From positions 64,595 through 128,594 of the forward strand of contig JBDRVV010000003.1 in the NCBI GenBank assembly GCA_039802005.1: 64,000 nt of DNA, given 5' to 3'. The stretch comes from a candidate division WOR-3 bacterium (GTDB taxonomy: Bacteria > Hydrothermota > Tepidihabitantia > SM23-42 > JAOAFX01). The translations under genes were made by a program, and so were the position numbers. Shown here piece by piece: positions 30,041 through 40,300 of this stretch. Position 1 is the first letter of the stretch, and each line of letters opens with the position of its first letter. The notes beneath the pieces were generated by a model. The model was not told the origin of the DNA and did no database searches. It worked only from the letters and a program-made list of their open reading frames with translations.

Positions 30041-30605
30041 TGTTCTTTCGCTTCATAAAAAATGCAATAATACCGACTATGCCGATGATATATCCAATAC
30101 CGCCCACGACTTCAGTAATGCCAATTTTCTCTTGCTTCTGCTCGGCGATTAATCTTAAAACCGGACGGATTTTCTCATCAACTACCCTTTCCACTATCCT
30201 TTCCAATAAGGTGGTATCAATTACCGCAGTCTCTGTCTTTGGGGCTTCTTTATACTTTTCATTTTTTTCTACCTTTACCGCAATTTCCTTTTTTATCTCC
30301 GGGAGTTCATCCGCGCTTACCACGGTCTCAGCCCGATGCCCCATACCACCGATGACCACAATCCTTAAATCATCTTTTTTAGGTATGACAAAAGAAAATT
30401 CACCAAGCGAATCAGTTTTTCCACTGAGAAGTTTATTACCACTCTTATCATAAACTTCAATCTCTCCACCCTTAATCTTACCACCATCGCTGGCATAAGA
30501 TTGGGTATAAATCTTATTTCCTTCTACTGTTGCAAAGATATTGATCTTATGTGCCAAACAAATGGGTGGTATGGATAATAAGAGAATGAAATTAATGAAC
30601 CTCAT
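30033..30605 (-). CDS. Ni/Co ECF transporter accessory membrane protein (CbiN/NikL-like topology with an extra beta-sandwich domain)
   Basis: N-terminal signal or TM segment, transthyretin-like block GGEIEVYDKSGNKLLSGKTDSLGEFSF, charged linker, C-terminal TM helix GGIGYIIGIVGIIAFF. Sits between cbiM and cbiQ. Confidence 0.35.
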   Translation of the reverse strand: MRFINFILLLSIPPICLAHKINIFATVEGNKIYTQSYASDGGKIKGGEIEVYDKSGNKLLSGKTDSLGEFSFVIPKKDDLRIVVIGGMGHRAETVVSADELPEIKKEIAVKVEKNEKYKEAPKTETAVIDTTLLERIVERVVDEKIRPVLRLIAEQKQEKIGITEVVGGIGYIIGIVGIIAFFMKRKNNV

Positions 30606-30651
30606 CTTTTCTCCTTACACCCGTTCAATCGGGTATTAATGAAAACATATT

Positions 30652-31245
30652 TCAAAGTAATTCCGGTTTAACTTTTTTTAAGAATAAAATCACAAATCCG
30701 GTAAGGATACCTTCAATAATCATCACCGGAATATGGACAATTATAATCATCTTCGCTACAGGCATAAATACCTCGCCACTAAGAGCAAGAGAGATTGCGA
30801 CGAAAAAACTGGCTAAAAGAACGCTCAAAAATCCGGTGAGAAAACCACCAACAAAATTCCAAAATCGGCTTTGAACCTCCACCAATTTCTTAAAAATCAG
30901 AAAACAAAAGACGGCTGAAGTTGCCATTGTTGCGGTATTCACCCCGAGTGTTGTCAATCCCCCGAACTGGAAGAGTATCGCCTGCAAGAATAAAGCCAGA
31001 AGAAGGGCTGGGAATGCAGCCCAGCCCAATATTATTCCTGCAAGTCCGTTGAGAATTAAATGGGCGCTTGTAGGTCCTACTGGAATATGAATTAGCGAAG
31101 CAACAAAAAAGGCAGAAGAAAGGACAGCAATCTTCGGCATATCTTTATATTCAATTTTTTTTAAACCGATTGCTGTTCCGGTTACTGTAATGGAAGCCCC
31201 ACCTATTAAAACCGGCGCAGTTAGAACACCTTCAGCGATATGCAT
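30652..31245 (-). CDS. cbiM: Ni/Co ECF transporter substrate-specific component CbiM/NikM
   Basis: Hallmark N-terminus MHIAEGVL plus a multi-TM body. Confidence 0.8.
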   Translation of the reverse strand: MHIAEGVLTAPVLIGGASITVTGTAIGLKKIEYKDMPKIAVLSSAFFVASLIHIPVGPTSAHLILNGLAGIILGWAAFPALLLALFLQAILFQFGGLTTLGVNTATMATSAVFCFLIFKKLVEVQSRFWNFVGGFLTGFLSVLLASFFVAISLALSGEVFMPVAKMIIIVHIPVMIIEGILTGFVILFLKKVKPELL

Positions 31246-31284
31246 ATAATACCTCTTCTCAACCCCAACCCAATAACCACTTTT

Positions 31285-32061
31285 TTACTTCATCTCCTCA
31301 ACATAAACCCATATCACCGCCCCAATCTCCACTGGATATTCTTTCCTGTCCTGTTTATTGAGCATCTTCGTTTCCCTTTCACTCAATGCTGCAAAACCCC
31401 ACCACCCTGGTCTGGGCATGGCATAGACAAATACACCATTGGCATCGGTCCTTGTCACCTGGGTAATATGGGGTTCTTTGGGTGCGCTATATTTTTTATC
31501 AATGTTATAGAACTCAATCTCAACATCGGTAAACGGTGCGGGTTTACCATTTACCTTTACCAATCCGCAAAATACATTTCCCGCATATAACCCATAAGGA
31601 CGGGTTAATGGTATAATTTCCGTTTCAAGCCCGATTTCCGCATCCCATCCTTCTTGCATTCCAAATCCGTTCACCACGGTCTTTGTATAATGAATAATAA
31701 ACTTTTCTTCAGCCGGTTCCCAGTAGGGTGCGGGTTCGACATAAAACACATAATCACCGGGTTGTTTTAATTTATAATTTGCGTTCCAGGTTGAAAAACC
31801 TTCAACCTTCTTTTCTGAGAGTGTATTTAAAAGATTTTCTCTTTTTTCGCCACCGATTAGAACCCCAAACTGCAAAGGTTTATCCATATTCATAATTGCC
31901 TGTTCAAAGGGATGGCAGAACATTAATTGAAGATTGATGTTTGCCGATTTCTGGTCATCTATAATATTAGTACCGGGGAGTATGATTTGAAAATGTGCAT
32001 ATAATGGAAGAATCAAACAAAACCCCACAATAATCAATAATTTTGTCCTATTTTGCAACAT
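31285..32061 (-). CDS. DUF4198-family periplasmic Ni/Co-uptake accessory protein (COG5266/NikK-like)
   Basis: Signal peptide from [22 protein letters not shown]. Start placed at 32061, which has RBS aggag; the ORF track starts at 32100. Usually encoded with cbiM/nikM. Confidence 0.55.
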   Translation of the reverse strand: MLQNRTKLLIIVGFCLILPLYAHFQIILPGTNIIDDQKSANINLQLMFCHPFEQAIMNMDKPLQFGVLIGGEKRENLLNTLSEKKVEGFSTWNANYKLKQPGDYVFYVEPAPYWEPAEEKFIIHYTKTVVNGFGMQEGWDAEIGLETEIIPLTRPYGLYAGNVFCGLVKVNGKPAPFTDVEIEFYNIDKKYSAPKEPHITQVTRTDANGVFVYAMPRPGWWGFAALSERETKMLNKQDRKEYPVEIGAVIWVYVEEMK

Positions 32062-32150
32062 TTTTCTCCTTTCAATTGTTTTTGTTTGCCCTACAAACAA
32101 GATTGCATCTGCATCTGTAGGGCAAGGCTTTAGCCTTTTTGAATAAATCC

Positions 32151-32765
32151 CTAAAATTCATAATGGACACCGAAAGTTGCAGTCTTTGCCTCAAATTTAA
32201 AATCACTCGCAAACCCCGCATCAACCATCAATCCATCTTTTATTGTATATCTACCTCCCAATAACCAGTTCTGAGCTTTTTTATCGCCAAGTACTTCACC
32301 GCCAAAGGCAAATTTTTCTATTGAGTAAATAAATGCACCTGCATAGGTTATACTTGAATCCCCTGTTGTATAACCAAGGTTAGCATCTAATTCTATGGGT
32401 CCAAATCCTCGAGTAAGAATACCATTCAAGGCATAAGCCGAACCACCGATTTCTGCGACAAAAGATGCAGCCAAAAAGTCAGGAACGAGGGAATATTTGA
32501 ATGCAAGTTCAGCCGGAACAAAAGAATTCTTTGGTTCTGAAACAATATTGAAACCGAATCCGATTCCAATGTCCATTTTCTCTGTCAATCCATGTTTGAA
32601 TCCCAGGTCAAACATTCCTATTTCTTTCCATATATCATAACCGACCTCCAATTCATAAGAATTTTGGGCAACCGTTCCTGCATCATCGGTTCCAAACGGT
32701 CTGGCACCATAGAGATTGGCAATTATACCAATCATTATTAAGGCAACTGCCTTAAGATTTTGCAT
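32151..32765 (-). CDS. Outer-membrane beta-barrel protein (MetA-pathway/PF13557-like transporter family)
   Basis: Signal peptide; FGTDDAGTV...YELEVGYD motif; alternating beta-strand pattern; C-terminal aromatic HYEF. Confidence 0.45.
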   Translation of the reverse strand: MQNLKAVALIMIGIIANLYGARPFGTDDAGTVAQNSYELEVGYDIWKEIGMFDLGFKHGLTEKMDIGIGFGFNIVSEPKNSFVPAELAFKYSLVPDFLAASFVAEIGGSAYALNGILTRGFGPIELDANLGYTTGDSSITYAGAFIYSIEKFAFGGEVLGDKKAQNWLLGGRYTIKDGLMVDAGFASDFKFEAKTATFGVHYEF

Positions 32766-32777
32766 CGCACCTCCTTT

Positions 32778-32804
32778 GTGTTATTTTTTTTAAAAAAGTA
32801 ACAC
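32778..32804. promoter_or_regulatory. Inverted repeat GTGTTA-N15-TAACAC; predicted NikR operator over the transporter operon RBS/promoter
   Basis: Same 6-N15-6 palindrome and flanks as at 33325-33351 (CTCCTTnGTGTTAnTTTTTT...TAACAC). It lies 13 nt upstream of the ATG at 32765. Confidence 0.5.
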
Positions 32805-32892
32805 TATAAACAAAACCAAAAAACCAGACCATATCCCATTTCCAAACCAAAATCCATAATCGCTTTTTGTCGGTTAGATCCTTCAATTGAAT

Positions 32893-33312
32893 TCACGCAA
32901 GCCTTCTGCCCGTGCTCGTTGTTGCCACCTGTCCATGTTTTATCCCCTTTGTACTGAGTAGTCTATCCGCGATACTCTTTACTTCATCTGCCCTACCTTT
33001 TATCGCAAGAATTTCCAGACAATTATGCTCATCAAGATGGATATGCATGGTAGAAATTATTTGCTTATAATATTTATGCTGAATTTCTGTTAAACGCTCG
33101 GTGAGTTCCCTAACCTCATGGCTATAAACCATTGTAATCGTTGCCACAATCTCTTCTTTTGAAGATTCCCATTCTTTTTGAACGAGTTTTTCCCTGATCA
33201 ATTTTCTAATTGCCTCAGACCGATTTTTATACCCTTTCTCTCTTATCAACCGGTCAAATTCAACAAGCAATTTCCGACTCATTGACACCCCGAATCTCAC
33301 TGCATCAGACAT
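32893..33312 (-). CDS. nikR: Nickel-responsive regulator NikR
   Basis: N-terminal ribbon-helix-helix (RFGVSMSRKLLVEFDRLI). C-terminal ACT-like metal site HIHLDEHNCLE. Confidence 0.8.
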   Translation of the reverse strand: MSDAVRFGVSMSRKLLVEFDRLIREKGYKNRSEAIRKLIREKLVQKEWESSKEEIVATITMVYSHEVRELTERLTEIQHKYYKQIISTMHIHLDEHNCLEILAIKGRADEVKSIADRLLSTKGIKHGQVATTSTGRRLA

Positions 33313-33324
33313 ATAGTCTCCTTG

Positions 33325-33351
33325 GTGTTACTTTTTTAAAAATCATAACAC
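33325..33351. promoter_or_regulatory. Second copy of GTGTTA-N15-TAACAC; predicted NikR autoregulatory operator
   Basis: GTGTTA 33325-33330 and TAACAC 33346-33351; 13 nt upstream of the nikR ATG. Confidence 0.5.
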
Positions 33352-33392
33352 ATTATACTTAAAAAAATAAATATGTCAATAGCGCATATTTA

Positions 33393-33911
33393 TTATTTTC
33401 CGGATTTTGATCTCTCTATATCAAAATCAATAAAATCACAATGATGGATTAAGATTGCTTCAGGTGAACGCTTAACCTTCTCTCCTTCCTCTGAATGTGC
33501 AGCAACAATGTGAGCAATCTCCAGAGGTAATCCTGCCTCAAGCACAATTTGATAACCCGAAACTGGATGGCGGACAAGTTCTCCGAAACGGCTCTTTACG
33601 AATTGTCCATTCTTAAATTCATATTCCAGTAACTTCCCTACATCATGGACAAGGGCACCAGCAACAACAATATCATAATTGAGGTCCTGGCGTGTCTTGG
33701 CAATTGCCATAGCCATAGTCGTTACAGAACGCGTATGCTCAATAAGATTCTTTTTTGTTTGTATTAAAAGTGTAAATGGAATATTTTTAACAGCCCTCCA
33801 CTTCCCCTTTTTTATCGCTATGAGCCAGGCCGAGATGACACCTTTTTTCAACTTATCGTCTTTAATCTCATTTATCTCAGGAAATATTTTTTTTATATAA
33901 TTCTCATCCAT
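33393..33911 (-). CDS. HD-domain phosphohydrolase
   Basis: HTRSV...LVHDVGK...HH...D pattern of HD metal ligands; 172 aa, cytoplasmic. Confidence 0.6.
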   Translation of the reverse strand: MDENYIKKIFPEINEIKDDKLKKGVISAWLIAIKKGKWRAVKNIPFTLLIQTKKNLIEHTRSVTTMAMAIAKTRQDLNYDIVVAGALVHDVGKLLEYEFKNGQFVKSRFGELVRHPVSGYQIVLEAGLPLEIAHIVAAHSEEGEKVKRSPEAILIHHCDFIDFDIERSKSGK

Positions 33912-33917
33912 TTTTTC

Positions 33918-34439
33918 TCACCTGTATTCTGATTTCAAATAATTTAATAATCCACCCGCATTTATTATAGCTCTTTCAAGTTCTGAAATCGGTTCGGCTT
34001 TGTATATCTTACCTTGAGTGATATTTTTGATTTCGCCACTGGCAATATTTACTTCAAGAATATCACCATCATTTATCTCTTTTGCCTCTTTCAATTCAAG
34101 GGTCAATAATGCGGTATTAACACAATTACGATGGAAAATCCGGGCGAACGACTCGGCAATTACCAGACTTATACCCGCTCCTTTGATCGCTGTTGCTGCA
34201 TGCTCCCGTGAAGAACCGCAGCCAAAATTCTTTCCCGCAACAATTATATCACCCGATTTCACATTCTTTAAAAATTCCTCTCCCCTATCAGTCCCTTCCA
34301 TTGCATGTTTAGCCATCTCTGATTTATCAGTCAGAGGAAGATATTTACCAGGATAAATCTGATCGGTATCAATATCATCACCAAATCTCCAGACTCTACC
34401 CCGATAAACTAAATTATTATTAATACTATTTAATTCCAT
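33918..34439 (-). CDS. leuD: 3-isopropylmalate dehydratase small subunit (aconitase-family swivel domain)
   Basis: GRVWRFGDDIDTDQIYPGKYL and GKNFGCGSSREHA. Confidence 0.75.
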   Translation of the reverse strand: MELNSINNNLVYRGRVWRFGDDIDTDQIYPGKYLPLTDKSEMAKHAMEGTDRGEEFLKNVKSGDIIVAGKNFGCGSSREHAATAIKGAGISLVIAESFARIFHRNCVNTALLTLELKEAKEINDGDILEVNIASGEIKNITQGKIYKAEPISELERAIINAGGLLNYLKSEYR

Positions 34440-35680
34440 AATTCCATCGGTGATGTTATTACACCACGCACCGCACTGGCAGCTGCGGTAGCGGGCGAAG
34501 CGAGATAAACTTCACCGCCTTTGCCAATCTTTCCGATAAAATTGCGATTAGAAGTGGAAACCATAACTTCACCTGGTGCGAGAATTCCTGGATGCCCTGT
34601 TGTACATAAAGAACAACCCGGATTAACGACAACTGCACCGCTATGTAAAAATATCTTATAAAATCCTGCCTGCTCAGCCTGCTGGGCGACCTCGTGCGTT
34701 GCCGGTACGATTATCAACCTTACATTATTGTTGATTTTTTTGCCTTCCAGTATTTTCGCAACAATCTTCAAATCCTCAAAGCGTCCATTGGTACAGGAAC
34801 CAATAAAAACCTGGTCTATCTTTCTCCCTGCCACATCAGCAACATCTACCACATTATCTGGAGAATGAGGACAGGCAATCTGAGGTCTCAAACTTGTAAT
34901 ATCAAACTCATAAATCTTTTCATATTCTGCATCATCATCTGCATTTATGGGTTCAATATTTTCTACATTATGGGTTCTCAGAAATTCATATACGGTCTCA
35001 TCCGTTTCCATAAATCCAATATCACCCGACATCTCCGTGACCATGCTTGTCATTGTAATGCGCTCATCTAAACTCATCATCTTTATAGTTTCACCGCAAA
35101 ATTCTACTGCCCTATTTAGCGCACCACTCGTTGTCAAATTTTTAAGAATATACAATATCACATCCTTTGCTGTCACCGGATATTTTAAAATCCCGTTAAT
35201 GACCACTTTTATCGTCCTCGGTACTTTAAACCAGAGATTGCCTTTATAAAGTGCCCCGGCTATATCGGTTGTGCCCATTCCAAAACCTGCGGCACCGATT
35301 GCACCCAGCAGGTTCATATGACTATCAGTGCCGATAACAATATGCCAGGGTTTTATCAGACCGTTTTCCATTAGAATATGTTGTCCGACACCAGTATTAA
35401 CATCAAATAATTTTACGCCCTTTTCTCGGGCAAATCTTCTTAAAATCTGCTGGTTCCGTGCAACTTTTTCATCACGCGGTGGGATATGAAGATCAAAGGT
35501 GATGACAACTTTTTTATTATCAAAAACAGGCGCATTATTAAAATTTCCTTCAAATTCTTGTACCACATTCGGACCACCAAAATCCCGCATCGCCACGATG
35601 TCTACATTTGCCCATATATATTCATCCGGTTTAACTTTTTTCCCACAGGCACGGGAAAAAATTTTTTCTATTATTGTCAT
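34430..35680 (-). CDS. leuC: 3-isopropylmalate dehydratase large subunit (short archaeal-type)
   Basis: Aconitase-family motifs: GTDSHM and the cysteine ligands in GSCTNGR and GCSLCTTGHPG. Confidence 0.8.
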   Translation of the reverse strand: MTIIEKIFSRACGKKVKPDEYIWANVDIVAMRDFGGPNVVQEFEGNFNNAPVFDNKKVVITFDLHIPPRDEKVARNQQILRRFAREKGVKLFDVNTGVGQHILMENGLIKPWHIVIGTDSHMNLLGAIGAAGFGMGTTDIAGALYKGNLWFKVPRTIKVVINGILKYPVTAKDVILYILKNLTTSGALNRAVEFCGETIKMMSLDERITMTSMVTEMSGDIGFMETDETVYEFLRTHNVENIEPINADDDAEYEKIYEFDITSLRPQIACPHSPDNVVDVADVAGRKIDQVFIGSCTNGRFEDLKIVAKILEGKKINNNVRLIIVPATHEVAQQAEQAGFYKIFLHSGAVVVNPGCSLCTTGHPGILAPGEVMVSTSNRNFIGKIGKGGEVYLASPATAAASAVRGVITSPMELWN

Positions 35681-36795
35681 AATTTTTCTGCTATTGCCTT
35701 CGCCATATCAAGAGTTGTAGCACTACCACCCATATCATAGGTTTTAACTCTACCTTCTTTAATAACTTCAGCCACCGCATTCTCAAGTTTCTTTGCGAGT
35801 TCTAATTCACCCAGCCATTCAATCATCATCTTCGCCGCAAGTATGGTTGCAATCGGATTAACTTTATACATACCTGCATACTTTGGTGCTGAACCATGAG
35901 TTGGCTCAAATACCGCAAGTTTTTCACCAATATTTCCCGAACAACCAAATCCCAAGCCACCAACCATCTGCGCACACAAGTCAGAAACAATATCACCATA
36001 AAGATTGGGTGCCACAAGCACATCATAATTATGAGGATTTTTTAATAACCACATCATAATCGCATCAACATTGGCATCTTCAAATTGGATTTCCGGATAC
36101 TCCTTTGCCACCTCTCGGGCGGTCTCTAAGAATAATCCATCAGTCGCCCGGACGACATTTGCTTTGTGAATGACCGTTACCTTTTTTCTTTTATTTTTTC
36201 TGGCATATTCAAATGCGGCACGGATAATTTTCTCTGAACCCTTGCGGGTATTAATTTTGCAGGATATAGCTAATTCCTGTGCACTAAAATTTTTGAATGG
36301 TTCAAAATTTTTGGAAAGATTAATTAGTAAATTTGATAATTCTTCGGGCACCGGATAAAATTCAACACCAGAATATAGGTCTTCTGTATTTTCCCTGAAA
36401 ACAACAAGGTCAATACCTTCTTTATAATTTAAATTATTGCCCGGATATGCCTTACAGGGTCTCAAACATATATAAAGGTCAAACAACTGTCGCATTCTGA
36501 CAATCGGCGAGCGATAAACAAATCCCTTTCCTTTTAATTCTGGAACCAATTCAGCCTCAGCCTGTTTTGTGGGTTTTGAAGTAATTGCACCGAAAAGTGC
36601 TGCATCCACATTCTTTAACAAATCAATCGTCCTTTTTGGTAATGGATCTCCTTCTTTACACCAGAATTCCCAGCCAATATCACCATAAATATATTCAGCA
36701 TCAAGTTCTAATTTATCAAGCACTATCTTTGCTGCATCCAGAACATCCTTGCCAATTCCATCTCCTGGCAACCAGGCAATCTTATATTTTGGCAT
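35677..36795 (-). CDS. leuB: 3-isopropylmalate/isocitrate dehydrogenase family protein
   Basis: IAWLPGDGIGKDV N-terminus and NLYGDIVSD motif. In an operon with leuCD. Confidence 0.6.
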   Translation of the reverse strand: MPKYKIAWLPGDGIGKDVLDAAKIVLDKLELDAEYIYGDIGWEFWCKEGDPLPKRTIDLLKNVDAALFGAITSKPTKQAEAELVPELKGKGFVYRSPIVRMRQLFDLYICLRPCKAYPGNNLNYKEGIDLVVFRENTEDLYSGVEFYPVPEELSNLLINLSKNFEPFKNFSAQELAISCKINTRKGSEKIIRAAFEYARKNKRKKVTVIHKANVVRATDGLFLETAREVAKEYPEIQFEDANVDAIMMWLLKNPHNYDVLVAPNLYGDIVSDLCAQMVGGLGFGCSGNIGEKLAVFEPTHGSAPKYAGMYKVNPIATILAAKMMIEWLGELELAKKLENAVAEVIKEGRVKTYDMGGSATTLDMAKAIAEKL

Positions 36796-36940
36796 TACAC
36801 CTCCTCTCAGGTTATCATTAAAAACTTAAATATTCTACACAAAAATTTAAATAAGTCAATGATTATTAAAAAAACAAAATAAAGATTTAGCCTTGACTTA
36901 AATATCTTTTTATATATCATTATTATGATAAGGGGGTAAA

Positions 36941-37273
36941 ATGGAAAAAAAGTTCACAGCATTGCGCGTCGTTTCGGTTATCTTTAAGGTACTCGCATGG
37001 ATTGTTGCAGTGCTAACGGTAATCGGATTTATTGTAATGCTCGTTGGTGGAGCAGCAATGAGCAGTATGATGAGCAGGGGTTATGGCGGCTATGGTGGTT
37101 ATGGCGGTTTAGGTGCGTTGGGTGCCTTTGGCGGAATTGGAATGGCATTTTTTATACTTATCTACGGAGCCCTCGCCTTTGTCAGTCTGCTCGCGGCAGC
37201 AGATATGATTCTTGTAATCCTCGCGATTGAAGAGAATACAAGGGCTTTGAAACCACCTCAGGCCGGTGCATAA
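36941..37273 (+). CDS. Small glycine-rich membrane protein (hypothetical)
   Basis: Two TM helices flanking a GYGGYGGYGGLGALGAFGG tract. Confidence 0.4.
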   Translation: MEKKFTALRVVSVIFKVLAWIVAVLTVIGFIVMLVGGAAMSSMMSRGYGGYGGYGGLGALGAFGGIGMAFFILIYGALAFVSLLAAADMILVILAIEENTRALKPPQAGA

Positions 37274-37294
37274 TGATTCATCTATGAAACTTCA

Positions 37295-37322
37295 GGGGCA
37301 GAAAAATCTGCCCCTTTTTTAT
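37295..37322. terminator. Intrinsic terminator GGGGCAGA-aaaatc-TCTGCCCC + T6 between convergent genes
   Basis: Perfect 8-bp GC-rich stem followed by TTTTTT at 37315-37320. Confidence 0.6.
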
Positions 37323-37337
37323 TCTAAATAAGAATTT

Positions 37338-40300
37338 TTACCGTGCTATTATAAACTTCTCAATTTTTTTATCAGTTCCGGAATTTCCCTCAGCAAGGAT
37401 ATTAACCAAATATACACCATTACTCAAATCATCCCCATACTCATCTCTGCCATCCCAGAATTTTTGATTATAGCCCGCATGACAGGAAAGTTCTGGTAAG
37501 ACCTTAACCAATCTGCCTGCAATCGTATAGATTTTTATCGTTACCTTTGCGCTTTGCGAAAGGACAAATGTAATCCATATACCTTTATGATGTTTTACAG
37601 GATTAGGATATATCAGAACATTCTCTATTGAAATGCGCTCATAGATATTAGCATTCAATAGAATCTTTTCAATGGTTTGATTATAACAATTATCACTTAC
37701 ATAGACGGTTATAGATTCTTGTGGATTATCAAGTGTAATTTCGGTTTTGAATTCTCCTTCTGAATAGGAATTTTGATTGTAGATAAAATTATTACGCAAA
37801 TCAACACGATTTAAGACATTATCCTTGCCCACATACAAAAAGAAACCACGTGCGTCTTCTTTAGAATTTAAAAGGTTAATTCCACTTTCATCAGAGACAA
37901 TTCCGGTAAGCGTAAAAGTCTTATCCACCCAGTCTCCATTTTTTAATTGTCGTGCACCATCATAGAATAATACTTTAGGACCCTCCTGGTCAGTAGTAGG
38001 CATTACAGTCCCCCAGACACGGATAGAATCAAGTGTACTACTTGTTTGGTCTTTATAACCACTCAATTTAATCACAGGTAAATGAGTTGTTGAAATAATT
38101 GGTACAGCAAATTGTGCGGTATCAATCGTCCAGTAACCATTATAAACTTCTTTACCTTCTATTCGATAATCAAAAATTAAAGTATCCTGGGTGTTAGGGC
38201 CTACACGCACCGTGCGTCTTATATGGCTGCTTATTTTATTTACGGTAGTAGGATCAATCCATTTGATATGCGTGGTATCTTTAATATATGCAGTCAAATA
38301 ATATGGTTTTTTATCAGAAAGTACTTTCAATTTCTCTAATGGCCTTATTGAGTCTTGAACTGTTTGAATATTGAAATTCTGTTTTACCTTTCTTATTTTA
38401 GTCGCCGGGTCACCAAGCATCAAATAGGTGGATATACCATTCCCTCTGTGTTTGGCAATATAATAACATTCACCCATTGTCAGATTTGTATCGGGATGCG
38501 TAAAGAGTCTAAAAAGTTCAATACCAATCGGTTGATTTGTACTTGTATTTGAAGCAGCGTGTGCACCCATTGTGCCGATCGCCCCCTGTTTCATTCTCAC
38601 AAATTCTTCAGCAATACACTCATGGTCTGAGTCATCAAATCTACCCACTGTGCAGGAAGCAAAATAGAAGAAGAAAAATCTCCTTCCATTATTCACCCTT
38701 GGTATATCGGTTTCTATAAATAATTTTTCATGGGCAAGTTGATGGGTATTACCATGCCCAAAGAAACAACCAATCAAGGCACCCTTATTGAGTTCCTTGA
38801 TAAAATCTTCTGTCGCAAGGGGTTTCACGGTATTCACATCATGAGGAGGAAATGGTAAATAACTCAGCATATATATTTTAGCCCGATCATATAACAGATT
38901 TGAGACAAAAGAATTAACTGCCTCACAGGCAGAAGAATGTGTAGTTCCTTCCCACCCATTTGCATATTCATCATCTGCAGAAAGTATGATTCTTCTATTC
39001 CATGTTCCATCTATATCACTATTCTCATAGGCAAATACTTTATCAATAAAATCACGGACTTCCTTGTTGGTACGGACAGTTATTCTGCCAAGAACCATTG
39101 CCTCAGTCCCGAAGAAATTCACATACTCACCCTCGTAGATATAGTTAGGTGGGATCCCTGGATTACCCGAAAGTGTTGTCCCGGTCTCATACATTGGGAC
39201 ATAATTCGGTGGATTCTCCTTGCCGAGGTTATTTTTGTAATCATAGGTAGCATCGCCAACGATAAGGACATACTTTGGAATAGTAGACCAGTTATTGTAT
39301 GTATGATAAAGAAAATGTTTAATTGCCAATGGGTCATATTTTCCGAAAGAAAAGTCATCAAATATTGCATCTACAGTTACCACCTTTGTAGTATATTCCT
39401 GCCGGCGATAATTGACCAAAGGCATTATTGAGTTATAAAAATTTTTGTGGGTTATGATCAAATATTCAGATCCATTGTCCACAGTTCTCAAACGACCCGG
39501 ACTGACTGGAATTAGTTTTGCATCAATTGCTGATTTTAATTGGGCAGCATACAATAACTGAAAAGAATCACAATTGCTGGAAAATGTGATATTCTTCCCA
39601 CTCATCAAAAAGTTATCAAGCATCTTTGGCTGGCGTAAGTCGGTTATATCAATGATAAATGGTTTAGAATTAACATTCTTGCATCTTATTGAATAATCAA
39701 CAGGATTTTTGAAAAAACAATGAAAAGGCTCAGTCATATCCGCCAAACGATTGTATTCTATATCAAAACAATTCAGGTAAACTGTAAGTCTTGTCGTGTC
39801 GGGTGGTAACCTTCTAACCCAGAATTCAAAAATAGAGGAATCCTTATTTAAAACACAGGTTCCTGATAATTTGACCGGGGGTAAAGACATCGTCTGCGGC
39901 AGGACAATAGTATCATTGAAAAAAGATTGACCGTCCAGAATTAACCTATACCAGAATGGCTGGGGACTCGGACTCATAGAATCAAATATTGATACAATAA
40001 TATTTGCATTACCAGAAGCATATTTATGGTTTAGGGGGACTCTCACAACCGTACTTTCAGCAGTGCCCAATGAAAAATCCATCCAGTACCAGTTTATTCC
40101 AGAACGTGTCGGATTATGAATATCCTCTTCAAAATGCAGAATTTCTTTAACGACGGTATCCGGGTTTGAATTATTCGAGGTTGCATTCACCTTTTCCATT
40201 CTCTTTCCTAACGCACCACCAAATGTAAACCAATATACATTATTTTTTGCATAGCCATTTTCATACCATTTCAAAAATGTATCTGGAACAAAATGGCTTG

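Noticed and set aside
32766-32892. Possible sRNA or small ORF in the AT-rich gap between the OM barrel gene and nikR
   Set aside because: No hairpin, promoter pair or ORF with an RBS. The gap is better explained as promoter/operator DNA for the transporter operon.
36997-37230. Alternative-frame 77-aa ORF inside the Gly-rich small gene
   Set aside because: The 36941 frame encodes two clean TM helices and is followed by the intrinsic terminator; the alternative frame is Trp/Arg-rich and implausible.
38355-39431. Several 60-164-aa plus-strand ORFs
   Set aside because: Antisense to the 1280-aa C25 peptidase gene, with Cys/Ile-rich low-complexity translations; spurious. The same applies to other short ORFs nested inside long genes throughout the track.
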